Of a DNA stretch of 64,000 bases, positions 18,804 to 27,524 are shown in pieces. Position 1 is the first letter of the stretch, and every line of letters begins with the position of its first letter. Source of the DNA: an uncultured Planctomycetia bacterium (GTDB taxonomy: Bacteria; Omnitrophota; Gorgyraeia; 2-01-FULL-45-10; JAHFGN01). Below the pieces are notes generated by a model. It saw only the letters and a list, made by a program, of their open reading frames with translations, had not been told where the DNA came from and searched no databases. The stretch spans positions 12,414 through 76,413 of the forward strand of contig CAYHAE010000005.1 in the NCBI GenBank assembly GCA_964354545.1. Direction: 5' to 3'. A program made the translations under genes and the position numbers.

Positions 18804-19567
18804 TCCGTTCATTGAATGTTGTTGCAGTGATCCCGGCACGCGGCGGGTCCAAAGGCCTGCCGGGAAAGAACGTGATCGATCTATGCGGTAAGCCCCTGAT
18901 CGCATATACGATAGAGGCGGCGCTCCAAAGCAAGTACATAGACAGGGTGGTCGTATCCACCGATGCGCCTCACATCGCGAAGATCGCCAGGAGATATGGC
19001 GCTGAGGTCCCGTTCTTGAGACCGCGCTCGCTCGCTCTCGATACCGCACATACGCCGCCTGTGATCATTCACGCGATCCGATTCCTTGAAAAACATTCTT
19101 ACGGCGTAGACATCGTCGTTACCTTACAGCCGACCTCTCCCTTAAGAGAATCGAGACAGATCGATCAGGCGATCGAAAGGTTAGTCACGTCAAGGTGCGG
19201 CTCTGTCGCAAGCGCAAAGCCTGCGGAATATCCTCCGTATTGGCTCGTGAAGATCAGGGGCCATAAGGCGATCCCGTTTGTAAACGACGGGGTTAATTAT
19301 TTCAATAAAGAACGTCAACAGTTGCCCAAGACCTATCAGCTTAATGGCGCAATCTATGTTACAAGAAAGAATCGCCTTCTCGAAAGCGGGAATATTATAA
19401 CCGAGCGTTGCGGGATCGTGCTCATGGATGACATAACATCATCGGATATCGACACCTATAGTGATCTTGAAAAGATAGCGGGTATCGTAAAGAAAAGGAG
19501 AAGCCGATATCGCGGGTGTCTGTCCAGAAGATCGGGAACCGGAGGGAAAAGCGCATGGGGAAAATAA
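18800..19567 (+). CDS. neuA: Acylneuraminate cytidylyltransferase-family CMP-nonulosonic acid synthetase (NeuA/LegF-like)
   Basis: The CTP_transf_3 signature VAVIPARGGSKGLPGKNV is present, along with QPTSPLR and YQLNGAIYV motifs. Confidence 0.8.
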   Translation: MIRSLNVVAVIPARGGSKGLPGKNVIDLCGKPLIAYTIEAALQSKYIDRVVVSTDAPHIAKIARRYGAEVPFLRPRSLALDTAHTPPVIIHAIRFLEKHSYGVDIVVTLQPTSPLRESRQIDQAIERLVTSRCGSVASAKPAEYPPYWLVKIRGHKAIPFVNDGVNYFNKERQQLPKTYQLNGAIYVTRKNRLLESGNIITERCGIVLMDDITSSDIDTYSDLEKIAGIVKKRRSRYRGCLSRRSGTGGKSAWGK

Positions 19568-20130
19568 GGAATCCAGGGTACTGCTATTTTTACACCGGAA
19601 AACGTGTCTGTCTGCGCGGCATTGAAAGAGAGGACTACACCGAACGTATGTACAGATGGGCGAACGATCCCGATTTTAATCGTTATCTGAGCTATGGCTC
19701 AAGGCCCCAGACCGCGAGAACGATGGAAAAGCTTTTTGACGACCTTGTGAACAAAGAAAATACGATCTTCGCGATCGACGATAAAAGAACAAGGAAGACA
19801 ATAGGGTTGGTGGGCCTTCATCAGATCAATTGGCCGGCCCGATCAGCAGAATATACGATCCATCTTGGAGAGAAGAGATTCTGGGGGAAAGGCGCGGCCG
19901 CAGAGGCAACCGACCGCATACTTTACTATGCCTTCCACACGCTTAATCTCCATAAGGTCTGGCTAGGTGTCAATGAGGCAAATCGAAGGGCGGTCGCGTT
20001 CTATAAGAAAAAAGGATTCGTGACCGAAGGAAAACTGCGGGATGAGATCTTTCGGGAAAATAGCTACTTTGACTCCATACGGATGAGCATGCTCAAAAAT
20101 GAATATGAGATGCGATACATGAGAAAGTAA
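19555..20130 (+). CDS. GNAT-family N-acetyltransferase (RimL/PseH-like)
   Basis: The GNAT core is LVGLHQINWPARSAEYTIHLGEKRFWGKGAAAEATDRILYYAFHTLNLHKVWLGVNEANRRAVAFYKKKGF. The start was trimmed to the ATG at 19555, after a GGAGGG RBS. Confidence 0.7.
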   Translation: MGKIRNPGYCYFYTGKRVCLRGIEREDYTERMYRWANDPDFNRYLSYGSRPQTARTMEKLFDDLVNKENTIFAIDDKRTRKTIGLVGLHQINWPARSAEYTIHLGEKRFWGKGAAAEATDRILYYAFHTLNLHKVWLGVNEANRRAVAFYKKKGFVTEGKLRDEIFRENSYFDSIRMSMLKNEYEMRYMRK

Positions 20131-20148
20131 CTGCCGGGGGTTTATCCG

Positions 20149-21252
20149 ATGCAAAAAGAGCTCTTGTCACAGATACAGATCCAGCCTACGTTCTCGATAA
20201 AAGAGGCGTTGAAAAGGATTGACGCAACGGGCTTGCGGATATTATTTGTATGCGATAAGGATGGATGCCTAATCGGTTCTCTGAGCGATGGAGATATACG
20301 CCGACGGGTCTTGAAAAAAGGCAGTATGCGTGAAAAAGTCATAAGCTGTTTCAACAGGGACCCTGTCTGCGTCGCGAAGGGCCCCCAGATCCGCGAGGCC
20401 GCTCGAAAAATAATGCTCGAAAAGACCATCGATGTGATCCCGGTCGTGGATACCGGTAAAAGGATCGCGGATGTCATATTATGGCAAGATGTGTTTCAGG
20501 AAGAATGCCGGCATACGAATGAACTCAATGTGCCCGTGGTCATTATGGCGGGCGGGAAGGGCGAGAGGCTCGATCCGTTCACAAGGATCCTGCCAAAACC
20601 CCTCATCCCGGTAGGCGAAAGGCCTATCATAGAAATAATAATCGATAAATTCAGGCAAAAAGGCGTAAACGTTTTCTATATCACGTTAAATTACAAAGGC
20701 AAGATGGTCAAGACGTATTTCGACAGTATAGGAAAGCCTTATATAGTGCGCTACCTCTGGGAAAAGGAGTTTTTGGGGACTGCGGGAAGCCTGAAGCTAT
20801 TGCCGTCGAGTATCGGAGACCCGTTCATCGTCTCCAACTGTGATATTATCGTGAGCGCGGATTATATGGATCTAGTGCGTTTTCATCAAAAACAGAATAA
20901 TATGCTGACCGTCGTAGGCTCTCTTCAGCACTACAAGATACCTTATGGCCTCGTTTATTTTGAAAGGAATGGAAGAATGAGAAGGATCAGAGAAAAACCG
21001 GAATTTGATTTTACGGTAAATACCGGCATGTACGTGGTTTCCAGCAAGGCCTTAGCGTATATCCCCAAGAACAGAAAGTTCGATATGACGGACTTTATAC
21101 AGGACCTCTTGCGCCATAAGCAGAACGTGGGGGTCTACCCCGTGAGCCAGAAATCGTACATCGATGTCGGGCAGTGGGAAGAGTACAGGAATAATACGGG
21201 AGATTGCTTAAAAAATTCCGGCAATGACAACTTCGTCTACAGAACGGGTTAA
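20149..21252 (+). CDS. CBS-domain pair fused to a sugar-phosphate nucleotidyltransferase (PtmE-like GlcN-1-P guanylyltransferase candidate)
   Basis: The N-terminal CBS pair is LFVCDKDGCLIGSLSDGDIRR...DVIPVVD. The NTP_transferase motif is VVIMAGGKGERLDPFTRILPKPLIPVGERPIIE. This architecture matches PtmE of the legionaminic acid pathway. Confidence 0.75.
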   Translation: MQKELLSQIQIQPTFSIKEALKRIDATGLRILFVCDKDGCLIGSLSDGDIRRRVLKKGSMREKVISCFNRDPVCVAKGPQIREAARKIMLEKTIDVIPVVDTGKRIADVILWQDVFQEECRHTNELNVPVVIMAGGKGERLDPFTRILPKPLIPVGERPIIEIIIDKFRQKGVNVFYITLNYKGKMVKTYFDSIGKPYIVRYLWEKEFLGTAGSLKLLPSSIGDPFIVSNCDIIVSADYMDLVRFHQKQNNMLTVVGSLQHYKIPYGLVYFERNGRMRRIREKPEFDFTVNTGMYVVSSKALAYIPKNRKFDMTDFIQDLLRHKQNVGVYPVSQKSYIDVGQWEEYRNNTGDCLKNSGNDNFVYRTG

Positions 21253-21262
21253 AGGGGAGGAT

Positions 21263-22219
21263 ATGGCTAAAACGTGGAATAAGCTGCACCAGATAGTCTG
21301 CTCACGCGATATCGCGGAGGATGCGCGCTATAAGGAATACAGGAAAGCGTGGAGCCACTACTCAGCTGCCCCGGAACTGAGCCCGCGTCCTCTCCACGTG
21401 GATATAGAAATTACCAATGCGTGCAATCTGCGCTGCATCATGTGCGAGAGAAACATCATGAAGCGCGAAGTGGGCTACATGGAGCGCGATCTGTTTTGTT
21501 CGATCATCGACCAATGTGCGCACTATGGTATCTATTCCGTTAAGCTTGGCCTCTGGGGAGAGTCGCTTCTCCACAAGGACTTTTTTGATATGATAAAGTA
21601 CGCAAAAAGCAGGAATATCCATACTCAATTCAATACAAACGCCACTCTCATTACACGTGAAGTCGTCGAGCGGCTCATTGAATCCGGTTTGGATAGAATA
21701 ACCGTTTCCATCGAAAGCGCCTTAAAGGATTCCTACGAAGGCATACGGTGCGGCGCTGAGTTTGATGCGGTCATGAACAATATCAGCGACTTCATTCGCA
21801 TGAAGCCCCTTGGCCGCAAGCCTCTTCTTACGGTCCAGTTCATCAAAATGAAGAAGAATATGGCGCGCATACCCGAATTCGTTGAGATGTTCAAAGACAA
21901 GGTGGATTTCGTATCGGTCACGAATGTAAGCTCTACGTGCGGCGATCCCAAAATATTGAAAGAGTCAACGATTGACTACTCGACTCTCGAAAAGATTCCG
22001 TGCAGCGAAATACGGCTTCGCCTATCCGTTCTGTGGAATGGCGATGTGACGGTCTGCTGCAATGATTTCGATGGTTTTTTGAAGATCGGGAACGTAAAGA
22101 CCGAATCGCTGATGGACTTATGGCATGGCGAAAAGGCGAATGCGATCAGAGAAAAACACACAAGGCGCGATTTCAGCGGGTTGATATGCGATGTCTGCTC
22201 AATAAACCGTAAATTTTAG
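21263..22219 (+). CDS. Radical SAM enzyme with C-terminal Cys-rich SPASM/twitch-like domain
   Basis: The CxxxCxxC motif is ITNACNLRCIMCERN. A C-terminal cysteine cluster (CSEIRL...VCCNDFDG...CDVCS) is present. The start was trimmed to the ATG at 21263, after a GGGGAGG RBS. Confidence 0.7.
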   Translation: MAKTWNKLHQIVCSRDIAEDARYKEYRKAWSHYSAAPELSPRPLHVDIEITNACNLRCIMCERNIMKREVGYMERDLFCSIIDQCAHYGIYSVKLGLWGESLLHKDFFDMIKYAKSRNIHTQFNTNATLITREVVERLIESGLDRITVSIESALKDSYEGIRCGAEFDAVMNNISDFIRMKPLGRKPLLTVQFIKMKKNMARIPEFVEMFKDKVDFVSVTNVSSTCGDPKILKESTIDYSTLEKIPCSEIRLRLSVLWNGDVTVCCNDFDGFLKIGNVKTESLMDLWHGEKANAIREKHTRRDFSGLICDVCSINRKF

Positions 22220-22239
22220 CAAAAGAAAGTCGAAAAAAG

Positions 22240-23298
22240 GTGCTACCTATCACTATGAGAGAATATAATTTCACGCGCGTCGATAATGCCTATAAAGAGT
22301 CGCGCAAGTACAACAAGCCCGGGGCCGTAGCGCCATTCCCGCCTTACTGTACCATACAATTACTGAATACGTGTAATTTCAACTGCGTTATGTGCCACGT
22401 TCCGTATTTCAGAAACGATAAGAAAGAACTGGATTTCGAGCTCTTCAAAAAATGCATCGATGAAATAGCGCGACATGGAAGCCTGGTGCGATTGATCGGA
22501 TACTGCGAACCCCTGCTTTACTCGAGAATAAAAGATGCGGTCCGATATATAAAAAGGAAAAACCTTTTATTGCAGGTCACTACTAACGGCGTTCTTTTAG
22601 ATAGTAAAATGGCGGAAGCGTTTGTCGAGGCGGAAGTCGACAGCGTCATTTTTTCGTTCCAGGGCTTATCGATGGAAGAATACTGTTTTATGAGAAAAGT
22701 TCCCGAGCGCGTCTATGCCAAAGTGCTCGGTAATATCCGGTCTTTGTATAAAAATCGGAAAAAACGCAAGCCTCATATTAAAATAACAACCACTATCACG
22801 AACAGGGACGAACCTTCAGATTCAAAAAAAGATGCGTTTTCAAAAGCGCATAAGGAACATGCGGATGAGATTCAGGTTACCGGCGTCACGAATTTTGCAT
22901 TTCTTGAACAATTGCCCGGCGGAAACAGGATAAGCCGCCGGCTGGGGATCTCGCAGCCAAGAAAGAGAGAAGGGGCGCGGTGCTTTCTTCCTAATTACGA
23001 AATGATCATTAGGCACGAGGGCGATGTATATAGTTGCTGCGGAGCCATTACACGCGACCTCTTATTAGGGAACGCGGCAGAAGAGACCCTGTTAAATCTA
23101 TGGAATAATGAAAAGGCGGCAAGGATAAGAAGAGCTGTTTCGGGCGGCGTACTCGACAACTTTGAAGACTGCAAGGTATGCGCCGTTCGGTATGAAGACG
23201 AGAACATCTCCAGCACGGCGGATATATCCAAATATGATAGGATCTTCTTAAGGGACAGGTCGCTATGCAGGGCATACTGCCAGACGACGAAGGTCTAA
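22240..23298 (+). CDS. Radical SAM enzyme with C-terminal Cys-rich SPASM/twitch-like domain (paralog of 21263..22219)
   Basis: The CxxxCxxC motif is LLNTCNFNCVMCHV. A C-terminal cysteine cluster (CFLPNYEM...YSCCGAITRD...CKVCA) is present. The start is GTG at 22240, or the ATG at 22255. Confidence 0.7.
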   Translation: MLPITMREYNFTRVDNAYKESRKYNKPGAVAPFPPYCTIQLLNTCNFNCVMCHVPYFRNDKKELDFELFKKCIDEIARHGSLVRLIGYCEPLLYSRIKDAVRYIKRKNLLLQVTTNGVLLDSKMAEAFVEAEVDSVIFSFQGLSMEEYCFMRKVPERVYAKVLGNIRSLYKNRKKRKPHIKITTTITNRDEPSDSKKDAFSKAHKEHADEIQVTGVTNFAFLEQLPGGNRISRRLGISQPRKREGARCFLPNYEMIIRHEGDVYSCCGAITRDLLLGNAAEETLLNLWNNEKAARIRRAVSGGVLDNFEDCKVCAVRYEDENISSTADISKYDRIFLRDRSLCRAYCQTTKV

Positions 23299-23308
23299 AG
23301 GGGGACCG

Positions 23309-23845
23309 ATGTTCATCAAGGTGATCCGACGGATTCGTTTCTGGGCCCTGGCCGACAGGATAGGACCCGATATCCCGTGGACCCACTGGAGGCTCCATTT
23401 TAAATCGACGATGCTCGATCTATGCGCATCGAAGTTCAAGCAATTCGATGCGACCGCTGAATTCAGACCGGGCGCCTACGCGATCTTCTGTTCTAAGATC
23501 AGTATCGGGAAGCGTGTGGTCATACGGCCGGGTACTATGCTTTTCGCGGATGATCACGGGGACATTACCGTAGAAGATGACGTCATGATCGGGAGCGCGG
23601 TGCATATGTACACGACGAATCACCGCTTTGACAACGTCAGCATCCCGATCATAGACCAGGGCCATTATGAAGCCGAACCGATAGTTCTCAAGAAAGGGTG
23701 CTGGGTGGGGGCGTGCTGTGTTATTCTGCCGGGCGTAACGGTGGGGGAGAATGCGGTGGTCGGTGCCGGAAGCGTTGTCACGAAAGATGTGCCGCCACGG
23801 GTCCTTGCGGCGGGAAACCCTGCGCGGGTGATACGGAATTTGTGA
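23309..23845 (+). CDS. Hexapeptide-repeat (LbH) acetyltransferase, WbbJ/MAT-like
   Basis: Hexapeptide repeats (ILPGVTVGENAVVGAGSVVTKDVPPRVLAAGNPARVI) and a catalytic His region (HMYTTNHRFD) are present. Confidence 0.75.
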   Translation: MFIKVIRRIRFWALADRIGPDIPWTHWRLHFKSTMLDLCASKFKQFDATAEFRPGAYAIFCSKISIGKRVVIRPGTMLFADDHGDITVEDDVMIGSAVHMYTTNHRFDNVSIPIIDQGHYEAEPIVLKKGCWVGACCVILPGVTVGENAVVGAGSVVTKDVPPRVLAAGNPARVIRNL

Positions 23846-23859
23846 TCTTTAGGAGGGAC

Positions 23860-25716
23860 ATGCTCAGTTTCGATCTGTCGGAAATGAGGCGAGCGGACGG
23901 CTCGGTCTTGTATTGGGAAGCCGAGGCCGAAGCATCCCGGCACGCCCTGAAGGTGGCGGATCGGGTTGCCGTGACGGCGCCGTTCAGGGAGCTGTTGAGG
24001 AGGCTCCCGAGCAAGCGCCTGCTCCTCTATTGTCAGTATGCGGTCAAAGAGGAGATCTACCCATTCGTGCGCCAGGCATGCGTCATCCGCTGGTACCGCG
24101 ATAACGGCAGGGCGATCCCTTCAGGCGATGATGTGGTCCCTGTCCCGCGAAAGGGCTTGTGCGCCGCTCTTGAGGACTGCTGGGAGTTCGATGGCATCCC
24201 GCTCAGGAAGATGAGCCCCTTCGAGTTCGTCTTTAGGCGGGAGGCGCGTTCGCCCGGGCAGGCGATACGTCAGGCCTTGAAACCTCCCGTCAAGGCGTTC
24301 CTGCGGTTTATCCAAGAACTGCGCAGAGACCAGGTTCCGGGGGAGGCGCAGGGGCACAGCGGAACGATCGCATGTCATTACGTCGAAGGTGTCGACCCCT
24401 CCCGTCGGAACGATCTCAGTTGGTTTGCGGGTAGCGGTCTCGAGCCCGAGCAGGTTCTCATCTATTTCGACAGCCGTGACAACAAGACCGGCCGCCCCAT
24501 ACCACGAAAAATCATTCGTGATATAGAGGAACGCGGGTTTCGCTGGGTCGCGCTGCTTCCAGGGGTTGTCGAGGAGCAAGGCATGCGATATTGGAACGCT
24601 CCCCGGGTGCCCGCACACGAGTTCCTCTCGAAACGACTCGCCGGGAGCGATGTGGAGCGGTGGGCCGTTGAGATGGGAAACCATGCGATCGAACAGGTAT
24701 TCTATTGGCGATCATTCCACAGGGCGTTTGGCGTGAAGGTGCACTATATCCCCGAAGAAGGGTTTGCGAAGAACATTGCCCAGGCCATCGCGTTCGATGC
24801 GGAGGGCACCCGCGCGGGGGTCCTTGTCGGAAGACAGAGGTCGGAGATCTCGGCTCCTCTTGGATGCTGCATCGGCTTCCAACCGAAGCATGTCTACTTC
24901 GTCTGGAGCAGGAGGTATGATCTCAAACTCCTACACGACGACCACGACCGGATCGAGGCGCTCGTCGTCTCAGGGTATCCGTATTGCACCTCGCTTTCAT
25001 ACGAGGACAGGGTCGGCGCATTGCGTCGCAAAGGGGTTACATTTGTGGTCGCGCTCTTCGATGAGGGGCATGGTCCGCACACCTTTTCATCCTCGAAGAA
25101 TATCGAGCGGCTCTACCGGGCGTTCCTTCAGTGGGTCGTTGATGATCCGGAGGTCGGGCTCATTATCAAATCTAAGAAACCTTCGGTGATCAAGGGGCTA
25201 CCCGCGCTACATCCGCTTCTCGATCGCGCGGTCGCGACCGGCCGCTGCGTGAGGCCTGCCAGAGAATGGGGGATGTTTCCCGCCGAGGCATCGAAAGGTG
25301 CCGACATGGCGGTCGGCGTCGATATTGCGACCGCAGTGGTAGAAGCGGTCCTCAATGGCTGCCGGGGGGTCTGCTTCGATGCGGCAGCCGCGCCCGATCA
25401 TCAGTTTTATCAGTGGGGCCGGGTCATATATGCCTCGCTTGAGGAGATGGTCGCGGCGATGAAACGTTTCAAGGCGGACACCTCGAGCGAGCCCTCGCTC
25501 GGTGATTGGTCGGCGCATCTCAATGAGCTCGACCCGTTCCGCGATGGACAGGGAGGGGCGCGGATGGGAAGCTACATGCGATGGCTGCTCGAGTCGTTCA
25601 ATGACGGGAAATCACGCGAAGAAGCTATCCGTTTCGCGAACGGATCGTACGCCGCGCAGTGGGGCGCGGATAAGGTGATCATGATGGATGATGAATGCGT
25701 GCGCAATGCGCTTTAG
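23860..25716 (+). CDS. Large hypothetical protein (618 aa), no confident family assignment
   Basis: The long ORF was trimmed from 23698 to the ATG at 23860, which is preceded by AGGAGG and separated from the upstream stop by 14 bp. There are no motifs I can assign. It may be distantly related to the other two large unknowns (35946, 46166). Confidence 0.5.
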   Translation: MLSFDLSEMRRADGSVLYWEAEAEASRHALKVADRVAVTAPFRELLRRLPSKRLLLYCQYAVKEEIYPFVRQACVIRWYRDNGRAIPSGDDVVPVPRKGLCAALEDCWEFDGIPLRKMSPFEFVFRREARSPGQAIRQALKPPVKAFLRFIQELRRDQVPGEAQGHSGTIACHYVEGVDPSRRNDLSWFAGSGLEPEQVLIYFDSRDNKTGRPIPRKIIRDIEERGFRWVALLPGVVEEQGMRYWNAPRVPAHEFLSKRLAGSDVERWAVEMGNHAIEQVFYWRSFHRAFGVKVHYIPEEGFAKNIAQAIAFDAEGTRAGVLVGRQRSEISAPLGCCIGFQPKHVYFVWSRRYDLKLLHDDHDRIEALVVSGYPYCTSLSYEDRVGALRRKGVTFVVALFDEGHGPHTFSSSKNIERLYRAFLQWVVDDPEVGLIIKSKKPSVIKGLPALHPLLDRAVATGRCVRPAREWGMFPAEASKGADMAVGVDIATAVVEAVLNGCRGVCFDAAAAPDHQFYQWGRVIYASLEEMVAAMKRFKADTSSEPSLGDWSAHLNELDPFRDGQGGARMGSYMRWLLESFNDGKSREEAIRFANGSYAAQWGADKVIMMDDECVRNAL

Positions 25717-25795
25717 AAGCGCACTTGTGCAGTGAGCATAGCGTTTAGGGGATGCCAGGCACCGGCGGACCCCGCGATATGAGGGATAGGACGAA

Positions 25796-27220
25796 ATGAA
25801 ACAGTATGACAGCAAGAAGTTTACGGTCTTTTGTCTGATGATATTCGGCCGGTCAGGCTCGAAGTTCTTTCAGGGGATCCTGGATTGGCATCCTCAGATA
25901 ATATCGTTTCCCAGGAACCTCCACTTCAATAGTTTCTGGCAGAAGGTGGAGAGGCGCAAAGACGATGTCGCCTACGTGGTCGACACCTTTATCGAAGATC
26001 ATCCGCGCGCATTTTCAGGCGCGCTCTGGTATCTCTTCAATAAATATGACAGGGCAGATGAGCTTGGCACCAAGAGAGACGAGACCTTTTCGGTCGACAT
26101 GAACGCGTTCCGGCGGAATGCGCTCGAACTCCTGCAGGGTAAAGAGATGAACAGGAGAGAGGCGTTCGTCGGGCTTCACCTTGCGTACCATGCGGCGAGC
26201 GGAAGGGAACTCGCCGATAACTCGATCATCTTCTGCCACATCCACGCGATCCGGCATATAGACGAATTGAGAGCGGTCGCAGAGGATTTTCCCGACACGA
26301 GGGTCTTGATACGGACGCGGCATCCGATCGAACGCCTAAAATCCTGCGCGGCGTGGATGAAGATGCAGAACGTCTATTCCTGCGGCCAGCCGTACGAAGA
26401 GGAGATCGAAGACCTCGAGGGGACCGAGCCGATCAGGGTCCTCTTTCCCGCGCTTGATATGCGCGTCCTCACCTTTGAGCAGCTCCACTGGCATCATCGG
26501 GAGGCGATGGAGGCGTTCGTGCGCTGGGTGGGTATAGAGTGGAACGAGAGCTTGATGGTGAGCACGATCCACGGAAAGCTCTGGTGGGGGGATAGCAAAG
26601 TGTTGCGCCACGGGTCCAATCCAAAGTGGAGGCTCTATAAGCCGAAAGGATTTCTGGAGAAGAAGGATTGGCGCGTCCTCCTTGCCCTTAACGGCGAGCG
26701 GCTGAAGCAGTATGGTTATGCGAGCGCGGAAGAGGTGCGCATGGCGAGGCTGGGGCGGCTCACGCTCCTCGGGGCCCTGCTTCTTCCCACGAAATATGAA
26801 TGGACGACGCTGAAGACGATGTTCAGTCTGAGCCATTGGTGGACGGCAGTCCGCACCATCATCGACGATACCACCTCCGAGAGGAGAAGAGGTTTTGACT
26901 TTTATACCAAGAAACGGGTGAAACATCGCGATGAGGTGCTTTTGGGTATACCGGTATCGGGGATCGCGGCCGGCTATCGCGTAGCGCGGCAATTAGTGCG
27001 GCACATCTGGCTGCTCAATCCTCTCAAATGGGTCTGGTTCTGTATGAAGCGCGTCGTCATGTATTGGCAGTACGCCGAAGGGCATAGGAAGAGAAGAGAG
27101 ATCTTGCTGCCTCTGCTTCTGGAGAAGACCGCTCCTCCGGCGGCGGGCAGCGCTCCCTGCGAGAACCGGACGGGAGATCTCACAAGAGATGTTCAGCGTC
27201 TCTTAAGCGGTCGAACGTGA
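25796..27220 (+). CDS. Candidate PAPS-dependent sulfotransferase (Sulfotransfer_3-like N-domain) with C-terminal extension
   Basis: A 5'-PSB-like P-loop (FTVFCLMIFGRSGSKFFQGILDWHPQIISFP) is present. A 3'-PB-like R-x(n)-S motif (LIRTRHPIERLKS) is present. The gene sits about 16 kb downstream of cysC-sat-cysQ in the same cluster. Confidence 0.6.
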   Translation: MKQYDSKKFTVFCLMIFGRSGSKFFQGILDWHPQIISFPRNLHFNSFWQKVERRKDDVAYVVDTFIEDHPRAFSGALWYLFNKYDRADELGTKRDETFSVDMNAFRRNALELLQGKEMNRREAFVGLHLAYHAASGRELADNSIIFCHIHAIRHIDELRAVAEDFPDTRVLIRTRHPIERLKSCAAWMKMQNVYSCGQPYEEEIEDLEGTEPIRVLFPALDMRVLTFEQLHWHHREAMEAFVRWVGIEWNESLMVSTIHGKLWWGDSKVLRHGSNPKWRLYKPKGFLEKKDWRVLLALNGERLKQYGYASAEEVRMARLGRLTLLGALLLPTKYEWTTLKTMFSLSHWWTAVRTIIDDTTSERRRGFDFYTKKRVKHRDEVLLGIPVSGIAAGYRVARQLVRHIWLLNPLKWVWFCMKRVVMYWQYAEGHRKRREILLPLLLEKTAPPAAGSAPCENRTGDLTRDVQRLLSGRT

Positions 27221-27257
27221 TACGTAAAATCAAGAAGGATATCGCCGGCCACGAGCT

Positions 27258-27346
27258 TAGTCCCCTCCGCAGAAACCATCGGGCTTTAGCCCGAGGATTG
27301 GATTCCGTTATAACGGAATCCATGCGTTTCTGCTTCGGGGAGGGAG
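27258..27346. repeat. MITE/REP-like intergenic element, copy B
   Basis: TAGTCCCCTCCGCAGAAA is followed by the hairpin ATCGGGCTTTAGCCCGAGGAT and an internal palindrome GGATTCCGTTATAACGGAATCC. The element ends in the inverted terminus TTTCTGCTTCGGGGAGGGAG. The termini are shared with copies at 7292 and 61629. Confidence 0.5.
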
Positions 27347-27524
27347 CCTTAATGAAAAGCTCGCATGCTGATGGGGATATTTCCCCAAAGAAAAAAGGTG
27401 CCCCGGCCTTTAGGCCGGGGGGCTCCACAGATAGTGATTATTATTCAAATGCTCCTTTTCTATCGGTATTCGAGTGAGGAGCATCGCGGGGTTAAGACCG
27501 TACGGTTATGAACGAGGTATACCA

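Noticed and set aside
18051-19049. 332-aa minus-strand ORF antisense to the aminotransferase and neuA genes
   Set aside because: Same reasoning as above: the + strand genes have canonical DegT and CTP_transf_3 motifs, and the minus-strand translation is Arg/Pro-rich with no motifs.
27397-27420. GC-rich hairpin CCCCGGCCTTTAGGCCGGGG as a + strand intrinsic terminator
   Set aside because: It is not followed by a U-tract on the + strand. The T-tract is on the complementary strand, where there is no gene to terminate. It was kept only as a minor structural note.
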